Shown: positions 7,118-13,135 of the stretch, piece after piece | Numbering within the stretch: the first letter of the stretch is position 1 | Layout of the letters: every line of letters starts with the position of its first letter | Assembly: GCF_000015225.1 (NCBI RefSeq) | Contig: NC_008698.1 | Span: 90,001 to 122,000, forward strand | DNA: 32,000 bases | Source of the DNA: Thermofilum pendens Hrk 5 | GTDB lineage: Archaea; Thermoproteota; Thermoprotei; Thermofilales; Thermofilaceae | Direction of reading: 5' to 3' | Program-made: the position numbers and the translations under genes | The notes under the pieces: model-generated | What the model saw: the letters and a program-made list of their open reading frames with translations, nothing else | The model's database searches: none | What the model was told of the DNA's origin: nothing

Positions 7118-7863
7118 CGCAAACAGTAGAGCTGAGAGGCGTAAGCTTTGCGTACAGCGACGGAGAACCCATACTCAATAACGAAAACCTCTTCCTGAGC
7201 GGTCCGGGGCTCGTAACGATACTTGGACCTAACGGTTCCGGTAAAACTACGCTCTTCAAGGTAGTCCTAGGTTTGCTCAAACCGTCCAGCGGAAGCGTCG
7301 TGATAAACGGAGAAGACGTAACGGGTAACCCTGTTAAAGCCGGAAAGTACGCATCCCTGGTACCTCAGCTCTCAGCTATCCGCAGAGACCTCCCGTTAAC
7401 GGCCCACGAACTCGTGAACTTTGTGCTCAGAACCAGGGGTAGGTGCAAGGGTAGAGAGTGCGAGGCGAAAACCATGGAGGCACTTGAAGCTGTAGGCGCC
7501 GCCGGCATTGCTGATAAAAAGCTGAGCGAAATGAGCGGTGGTCAGCTACAAAGAGTGCTTCTCGCAAGAGCTCTAGCCACAGGCGCCGACATCCTGCTCC
7601 TCGACGAGCCCCTCTCCGGTATAGATCCCAGCGGTAGGGAGTACATCCTCGGAGAGATAGAGAAGATCTCGAAGAGAAAACTCGTCGTAATGACGACGCA
7701 CGACCCTGTACTAACCCTGAACAAGAGCAAGACGATAGTTGTGTTTAACAGGGGTGTGAGAGCTGTGGGCTCTCCGGGCGACGTGTTCAAGCTGGACCTG
7801 CTGAGAAAAGCCTACGGGAGCAACGTGTTGCTCATTGAGAAGTGTCTACACGTAATCAGCTGA
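7096..7863 (+). CDS. Metal ABC transporter ATP-binding protein (ZnuC/TroB-like)
   Basis: Walker A GPNGSGKTT, signature LSGGQLQRV, Walker B ILLLDEP, H-loop TTHD. The start is GTG at 7096 (leaderless geometry relative to the TATA at 7066-7073) or ATG at 7111. Confidence 0.9.
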   Translation: MWRDTMHAQTVELRGVSFAYSDGEPILNNENLFLSGPGLVTILGPNGSGKTTLFKVVLGLLKPSSGSVVINGEDVTGNPVKAGKYASLVPQLSAIRRDLPLTAHELVNFVLRTRGRCKGRECEAKTMEALEAVGAAGIADKKLSEMSGGQLQRVLLARALATGADILLLDEPLSGIDPSGREYILGEIEKISKRKLVVMTTHDPVLTLNKSKTIVVFNRGVRAVGSPGDVFKLDLLRKAYGSNVLLIEKCLHVIS

Positions 7864-7876
7864 GGGGGTGAGCGCC

Positions 7877-8677
7877 ATGTATATTGACCCGAGATGGCTT
7901 ATAGTGATTCTTGGAAGCTCTGTCTCGTTCAGCGTGCTGAGCCCGGTGATACACGCCAGGCGCCTAAACTTCTTCGCGGCTACCCTTCCACACTCGTCGC
8001 TACTAGCCGTGTCTCTAGGCTACCTGCTCAGCTTCCTCCTCGGTTACTCGCCGACCCTGTGGGCTATACCTATCAGCGTCGCGCTTTCCTTCCTGCTAGT
8101 AGTGCTTATACATAGGGGTGTCAGCGAGGATAGCGCTACCTCCGCGTTCGTAAGCTTCTCTGTGTCCGCCAGCGTCGCCGCGATGTATTATATCCTCACG
8201 AAGTTCCCTTCAGAGGTCAGCCTATGGTCCTACATACTCGGAGACCCCCTACTCGTAACTTGGGAAGACGTGGCGGTAACGGTCGTGGTCACGGCGGTGG
8301 CAACTCTGAGCACACTACTCATATACATGAAGGAGGTCGTTATCGGGCTCGACAGGGACTTCTCCCAGTTGCTCGGAATAAACGTTAACCTGCACGACTA
8401 CTTGGTGGTCTTCGTCTTGACGCTGGTTAGCATTAGCTTGCTGAAAGTTGTGGGGTTTGTCCTGGAGCATGTAGTCTTGCTCCTACCGGCGACGGTATCG
8501 GTACAGCTGGCTAAGAGCGCTAAGGAGTTCCTGGGCTACAGCCTACTAGTCTCCACGGTATCCGGGCTACTAGGGCTATTTACCTCGATATACGCGAACG
8601 TCGCGCCTTCAGCTATGTACGGCTTCGTGATGCTGGGACTCTACCTAGCCGTTCTCCTGAGGGGTGAGGCTCGTTGA
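7877..8677 (+). CDS. Metal ABC transporter permease (ABC-3 / ZnuB/TroC-like)
   Basis: Polytopic hydrophobic protein of about 266 aa immediately after the ATPase gene. GAGGGGGTGA (7862-7871) lies 5 nt upstream of ATG 7877, which I prefer over the track GTG at 7868. Confidence 0.85.
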   Translation: MYIDPRWLIVILGSSVSFSVLSPVIHARRLNFFAATLPHSSLLAVSLGYLLSFLLGYSPTLWAIPISVALSFLLVVLIHRGVSEDSATSAFVSFSVSASVAAMYYILTKFPSEVSLWSYILGDPLLVTWEDVAVTVVVTAVATLSTLLIYMKEVVIGLDRDFSQLLGINVNLHDYLVVFVLTLVSISLLKVVGFVLEHVVLLLPATVSVQLAKSAKEFLGYSLLVSTVSGLLGLFTSIYANVAPSAMYGFVMLGLYLAVLLRGEAR

Positions 8678-9066
8678 GGGACAAGAGGAGGGTCGGCGTC
8701 TCGCTGGACGGCGACGTCTTCGAGGAGCTTGAAAGAGTGGCGAAGGCTTTCAACACGGACAGATCCCACATAGTCAACATGGCGGCGCGCGAATACCTGC
8801 TGGAGAAGTTCCACTACGCTAAGCCCCACAGCTGCGAAGGAGTGATGATTATAAGCTACGACCCGGCAAGGGGGCAGGAAGTAGCAGAGGCTATCGAGGA
8901 GAGCAAGTCGCTGGTAGTCAGCAGGAGCCACTTCCACACGGGTGACGGTTGCTGCCTGGAGATACTCTACCTTAAGGGAGATTCCGAGGAGATATGGTTG
9001 CTGGAGAAAAGGGTGAGCCACCTCTGCGACGTCTGCAGGTTTGTCCCTAGTCACAGGCTTCAGTGA
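8674..9066 (+). CDS. NikR-like metal-responsive regulator (N-terminal ribbon-helix-helix plus C-terminal metal-binding domain)
   Basis: RHH pattern RRVGVSLDGDVFEELERVAKAFNTDRSHIVNMAAREYL. C-terminal SHFHTGDGCC resembles the NikR HxH-x5-C nickel site. The TTG start overlaps the permease stop (TTGA, 8674-8677) and is preceded by GGGGTGAGG. Confidence 0.7.
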   Translation: MRDKRRVGVSLDGDVFEELERVAKAFNTDRSHIVNMAAREYLLEKFHYAKPHSCEGVMIISYDPARGQEVAEAIEESKSLVVSRSHFHTGDGCCLEILYLKGDSEEIWLLEKRVSHLCDVCRFVPSHRLQ

Positions 9067-9655
9067 ACACCTTCCTCAGGACTCCCAGCCTGCTTTTTCC
9101 CCTCAAGAGGAACTCGTTAGCTGTTTCAAGGAGTATGGGTAGGCTTTCCCGCCTCACGACCTCTACCCCCTGGACGCGTATCGGGACCTCCAGACGCTCC
9201 ATGGACATTATCTCGACCACCACCCTCCTGCCTAGCCCCTGAATCCCCGAATGCTTGAAGCCAGAGTTCCTGGCCCCCGCGAGGAGCTTCCTAGCAACCG
9301 AAAGATCCCTCGCGACGACGTGGAATATGGGCGGGTGTACGGACAGCCAAACGGATTCTTCTTGCAGCGAGTCGAGAACGCTTACCAGTTCCTGCAGGGA
9401 TACTGTCCTGTGCCACTTTGCCACGACGACGAGCCTTCCCTTAGCGCCCGGGTGCTCGCCGCAAGATACCTGTATACGCCCGCTACAACTAGACGTCGTG
9501 TAACAGTTCTTGGTGTTGTTCACAAGCCTTAGCAAGTCGACTATGTCTTCGTCTACACGCCCCTCTTCAAGGTGCCTTTCGAACTGCTCCAACGCCTTTC
9601 TGCGCAGATACTCCCACGGGTCGCCGCCCGCCGAGCTACGCGCGTGGAAGCTCAT
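9047..9655 (-). CDS. taw3: tRNA wyosine-derivative methyltransferase Taw3 (TYW3 family)
   Basis: Family signature YTTSSCSGRIQV (S-x-SSC-x-GR). 202 aa, a typical size. The ATG overlaps the upstream stop as ATGA (9655-9652). Confidence 0.8.
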   Translation of the reverse strand: MSFHARSSAGGDPWEYLRRKALEQFERHLEEGRVDEDIVDLLRLVNNTKNCYTTSSCSGRIQVSCGEHPGAKGRLVVVAKWHRTVSLQELVSVLDSLQEESVWLSVHPPIFHVVARDLSVARKLLAGARNSGFKHSGIQGLGRRVVVEIMSMERLEVPIRVQGVEVVRRESLPILLETANEFLLRGKSRLGVLRKVFTEACD

Positions 9656-10383
9656 ACCTTCATCCTTCTGAGAGCCTCTAGCCCCGCCTCGACCATTTTC
9701 AACTCTAACTCCTCCCTCCCCTCTACGAGCTCGCTACCACTGAGCAGGTTGTCCACGACGAGAGCCATGGCTCCAACCTTCACCCCCCTCAGCCTGCCCA
9801 GAGCGAACAGCGTGGCTGACTCCATCTCCAGGAAGTCCACCCCCAAGCTGGCCCATCTCCGGGCGTTCTCTTCAACCTTGTGGAAAGCATCGTGCGAAAG
9901 AGCGATTCCCCTAACGAAGCTCAGCCCCTTCTCCCTCAGGACGCTCTCCAGCGTTAAGACTACCTCCGGCGTTGCATAAGCCGGCATGGACACCCCTCCG
10001 AAGTACTGATAGAGCGTGCCGCTATTCTCGTAGGCCGCCGCCTCGATCAAAGCTATCTTCCCGGATTCGGCGATGGGTGTGAGACCGCCGCACGTCCCTG
10101 CCCGGATCATGACTTTAGCTCCCAGCATGGCAAGCTCCTCAAATACGATGGCGGCCGACGGTGCGCCGATCCCGTGGGTAGCCAGAGTGACTCTCTCGCC
10201 TCTGTACTCCCCGGTTACGACGAGGTAGCCTCTATGCCTATTAACAACTGTTGCACCGTCTAGTAACGAGGATGCTGCTTCTACGCGTCCGGGGTCCCCG
10301 CATACGAGGATCTTCGGGGATACCTGCTCGGGAGACGCCTTTATGTGGTACACTTTTTTCGAAAGCGGGTGCCTGAACATCAC
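9652..10383 (-). CDS. Nucleoside phosphorylase, PNP/UDP family (uridine- or MTA/purine-phosphorylase-like)
   Basis: CGDPGRVE, GHGIGAPSAAI-like THGIGAPSAAIVFEEL, IRAGTCGG, LEMESATLF (the EMES form is typical of the uridine phosphorylase branch). The start is GTG 10383 or ATG 10380; both overlap the upstream stop. Confidence 0.85.
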   Translation of the reverse strand: MMFRHPLSKKVYHIKASPEQVSPKILVCGDPGRVEAASSLLDGATVVNRHRGYLVVTGEYRGERVTLATHGIGAPSAAIVFEELAMLGAKVMIRAGTCGGLTPIAESGKIALIEAAAYENSGTLYQYFGGVSMPAYATPEVVLTLESVLREKGLSFVRGIALSHDAFHKVEENARRWASLGVDFLEMESATLFALGRLRGVKVGAMALVVDNLLSGSELVEGREELELKMVEAGLEALRRMKV

Positions 10384-11042
10384 GTAATGCTAACCTCTTC
10401 AAGCCTTAAACCGTTATCGTCGACGAGCAACACAGTGGGCTTAGCTTTGCGCCAGTACGGGAGCCCTCCCTTCCAGCTCGTCTTCCACGAGCCGAGGTTG
10501 ACGAGCCTTTTTTCGCGGTCGATGCCGGGTATATGGGTGTGCCCCATTACAAGCCATTCATCGCCTAACCCCAGCACACGGCGGTGAGCTTCCTCCAGGT
10601 AGAGTTTCCTCCCGAGCCTTTCTGCTACAAAGTTCAGCAGAAAGGCAAGGACACCGCTCCCCACGAGTCTATCTCCGTGAATGACAATAAACTGGCGACC
10701 TCCTACTTGCACCTCTACGGCTCCGTTCGAGAAGAGCAACCTTTTGCCATCAATTATTTCCTCTAAGGGAGAGTCTAGTAGCGGGTCGTGTGAGCTACTG
10801 CTGAGGGAAGCGGCAAAGACTGCCGGCAAGCGTTCAACGTCGATGATCTTCGAGAACTCTTCTATTAAAAGGCGCCTAGAAGCTTTAAAGTGAAAATTAT
10901 CGAAGAGGTCGCCAGCCACAAATAAGCACTCTGCTCCCTCCCTCTCAGCGATAGAAGCCAGGATCTCTAGTGCTCGGCACTTTCTCCCCCTCCTGCAGTG
11001 CGTATCGGATGCGAACAGAGCCTTCTCGCAACTAACGCGCAT
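10380..11042 (-). CDS. Calcineurin-like metallophosphoesterase
   Basis: Motifs SDTH, GDLFDN, VIHGD, GHTH in the canonical order. Confidence 0.8.
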   Translation of the reverse strand: MRVSCEKALFASDTHCRRGRKCRALEILASIAEREGAECLFVAGDLFDNFHFKASRRLLIEEFSKIIDVERLPAVFAASLSSSSHDPLLDSPLEEIIDGKRLLFSNGAVEVQVGGRQFIVIHGDRLVGSGVLAFLLNFVAERLGRKLYLEEAHRRVLGLGDEWLVMGHTHIPGIDREKRLVNLGSWKTSWKGGLPYWRKAKPTVLLVDDNGLRLEEVSIT

Positions 11043-11135
11043 ATGAAGAAGGTGTTGGGACGGAATATATCTTTATGCACAGGATGCGAAAACATAATTA
11101 CCACTGTGCCCGGCTTTGAACTCTAGAGGATCTTC

Positions 11136-12635
11136 ATGTTAAAGGAGAAGTTTCCCGGCGCGCTGTTAGCCCTAGTCGTTGTGGCTGTACTAGGTGTAGC
11201 CAGCTTAGCCTACGCCCAGCCGGGTAAGGGCAACCTGACGGTTTACATAGACGTCTTCGAAAACGGGAACGCCTCCGTGAAGATCGTCGTGTCGCCCGGA
11301 GACAAGGGCTTCGTGCAGCTCGCGTTGCCGCGCTTCGAGAAAGTCTACGCGTGCGGGGGGTCTGCTTCTGGGTACAGAGTTGTGAACTCTACTTCTGGTG
11401 CTTACTTCTACTTTAACTCGACGATATACTTCGCCGAAAAAGGCTCCTCCCTAGCGCTTTGCTACAACTTTCCCTACGCTGTGCTAATGTCCGGCTCGCG
11501 TGGCTGGTTCATGTCCCCGCTTCTCTGGAGCTCCGAGCCGGAAGTCGTTGTCTACGTGAAACTGCCGCTCGTGAAGAGAATTACGTACGAAAGCCCCAGC
11601 TCCGTGGGCGTTAGTGGGAACTACAGGGTTTACGTCCTCTCCCCCCTAGTAGAGCAGTACATCGGCAACAGGGTGGTAGTAGAGTACGATCTTCAGAGTT
11701 CTACGCCTGTAGACACAATCCTATACTCTTCTGGGGGCTCGACCATCACCGTTAAATTCCCGGTCTACTACAGGTCTATAGCTCTAAAGGTCAGAGACGT
11801 GGCCACCTCCGCGATCGCCGAGCTAAGCCTTATCGCGGGGCTTCGGCCTTCCAATGTTACGTTCGTCTTCTACCTCCCCGAGAGGAGTATGGGCGGGATA
11901 AGTGCCCTAGGTTTCGTTATGGGCGAGGATGTAAACGCGGGAGGCAAAGGACCCGTGAACCTGAACCTAGCATTAATCAGGTACGCGCCGGGCTACCTCG
12001 AAACCACGGTCATACACGAGCTTGTACACGTGTACCTAGGCGCAGCCGGGGTGGAAGCAAACGATAATACGAGGTGGTTCCATGAAGGCATGGCGCAGTA
12101 CGTCTCAATACTCGTAGCGAAGAAACTGGGCGTCAACATTTCGGAATACGAAAGCGAGCTCAACGAGTCGGCGGCATCCTACTACAACTACACCGGTGGG
12201 AAGATAGGCTTTATAGAGAACTGGCCGAGCGACGCTGTAAAAGAGGGGGAAGCTTACCTGGCGAGCTACTACGTTGTGCACACGCTCGCAACGAAGTACG
12301 GCGGAGAGAACTTTGTTAAACGCGTCTTCGCGACTCTTCAAGGAAGACACATTACGACAACCAGGGAGATTGTGAACGTCTTAAGCCAAGCCGCAGGCAC
12401 CAACCTCGCTCCTCTGTTCAGGGAGTGGGGGTTCAGGGACGTAGAGGACTGGACCCCCAGTAACGCAAAGACCCCGCCGAGCAACTCTACCAGTACACCG
12501 AGTTCCTCGAGCACCGGTAACTCCAGGTTCCTGATAGCGATGATAGCGCTTCTAGCAGTAATATTCATCGTAACCTACGTTGTTAACGCCGTCGTTGAGC
12601 GCGAACTCAGAATCGCGGAGCACGCGCCCGTATAA
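11136..12635 (+). CDS. Secreted, C-terminally membrane-anchored gluzincin-type zinc metallopeptidase
   Basis: N-terminal signal LLALVVVAVLGVASLAYA. HELVH followed by exactly 18 residues, then E of WFHEGMAQY (HEXXH-X18-E). Ser/Thr/Pro-rich stalk TPSNAKTPPSNSTSTPSSSSTGNS, then a TM helix FLIAMIALLAVIFIVTYVV. Many N-x-S/T sequons. Confidence 0.7.
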   Translation: MLKEKFPGALLALVVVAVLGVASLAYAQPGKGNLTVYIDVFENGNASVKIVVSPGDKGFVQLALPRFEKVYACGGSASGYRVVNSTSGAYFYFNSTIYFAEKGSSLALCYNFPYAVLMSGSRGWFMSPLLWSSEPEVVVYVKLPLVKRITYESPSSVGVSGNYRVYVLSPLVEQYIGNRVVVEYDLQSSTPVDTILYSSGGSTITVKFPVYYRSIALKVRDVATSAIAELSLIAGLRPSNVTFVFYLPERSMGGISALGFVMGEDVNAGGKGPVNLNLALIRYAPGYLETTVIHELVHVYLGAAGVEANDNTRWFHEGMAQYVSILVAKKLGVNISEYESELNESAASYYNYTGGKIGFIENWPSDAVKEGEAYLASYYVVHTLATKYGGENFVKRVFATLQGRHITTTREIVNVLSQAAGTNLAPLFREWGFRDVEDWTPSNAKTPPSNSTSTPSSSSTGNSRFLIAMIALLAVIFIVTYVVNAVVERELRIAEHAPV

Positions 12636-12650
12636 AAAAAGAAACTTTTC
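12631..12650. terminator. Shared terminator zone between convergent peptidase and ferredoxin genes
   Basis: The minus strand reads TTTCTTTTTTT (12643-12632) after the ferredoxin stop. The plus strand has CTTTT (12646-12650) after the peptidase stop. Confidence 0.4.
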
Positions 12651-12658
12651 GCTAGCGT

Positions 12659-12910
12659 CTATTCTACTTTCTCTACGTGTATAATCGAGACGGGGCAAGC
12701 CTCTGCGGCGCTCTTCACGCAGTCCTCGAGCTCTCCCGGTACTAGCCCTTCCCCGAGGTTGTTCCCAACGCGGTACTTAGCAACGATGGAGCTCTTCCCG
12801 TCCTCCTCGTTCATCTCGAAAACTTCGGGGCAGAGGCTTACGCAGGCCATGTCGGATATGCACTGGTCCCTATCTATCGTGACCTTTAATTTTGCCATGC
12901 TTCTCGCCAC
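12659..12910 (-). CDS. Single-cluster ferredoxin, Pyrococcus furiosus type with Asp in the cluster-binding motif
   Basis: DQCISDMACVSLCPEVFEMNEEDGK...CVKSAAEACPVSII parallels P. furiosus Fd [22 protein letters not shown]...CAKEAMEACPVSAI, including C-x2-D-x2-C. The start is GTG 12910 (fits the TATA geometry) or ATG 12898 (better N-terminal alignment). Confidence 0.85.
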   Translation of the reverse strand: MARSMAKLKVTIDRDQCISDMACVSLCPEVFEMNEEDGKSSIVAKYRVGNNLGEGLVPGELEDCVKSAAEACPVSIIHVEKVE

Positions 12911-12927
12911 TCATAAACCCTGTTAAT

Positions 12928-12941
12928 GAATATAAAATTTT
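12928..12941. promoter_or_regulatory. Near-symmetric A/T box AATATAAAATTTT, possible bidirectional TATA element
   Basis: Centred near 12935. GTG 12910 (minus, ferredoxin) and ATG 12962 (plus, 31-codon ORF) each lie about 26-27 nt away, the canonical archaeal TATA-to-TSS distance. Confidence 0.35.
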
Positions 12942-12961
12942 CGCGGAGTGCGTGCTTACAT

Positions 12962-13057
12962 ATGGAAATCGAGGTTCCAGGAAAAACGCCCGCAAAGCTT
13001 TATAAAATGGCGTTATCTACGGAGGTGGGGGTGGTGTTGACCCGCCAAATTGCTTAG
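12962..13057 (+). other. 31-codon small ORF upstream of ileS (possible leader peptide or small protein)
   Basis: ATG GAA ATC ... CAA ATT GCT TAG translates to MEIEVPGKTPAKLYKMALSTEVGVVLTRQIA. Its TAG (13055-13057) lies inside the 5' arm of the downstream hairpin. It is too short for the ORF track and has no independent coding evidence. Confidence 0.2.
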
Positions 13058-13079
13058 CCCGAGCTAAGCACCTGTTTTT
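13051..13079 (+). promoter_or_regulatory. Perfect 8-bp-stem hairpin/palindrome TGCTTAGC-CCGA-GCTAAGCA followed by TTTTT
   Basis: Arms at 13051-13058 and 13063-13070 are exact reverse complements. CCTGTTTTTA follows at 13071-13080. It could be an intrinsic-terminator-like element, an attenuator, or a dimeric-TF operator abutting a TTTTTA TATA box for ileS. Confidence 0.4.
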
Positions 13080-13135
13080 AGGTATCTACCCTAGTTGCGA
13101 AAAGGTTTTGAGTAATCGTTGTAGGGGGTGTCTGT

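Noticed and set aside
8843-8849. Consensus C-box-like GTGATGA inside the NikR-like gene, and a similar one at 31436-31442 inside the oppD-like gene.
   Set aside because: There is no CUGA D/D' box at the required 12-nt spacing or within 60 nt. Both lie in well-supported coding sequence.
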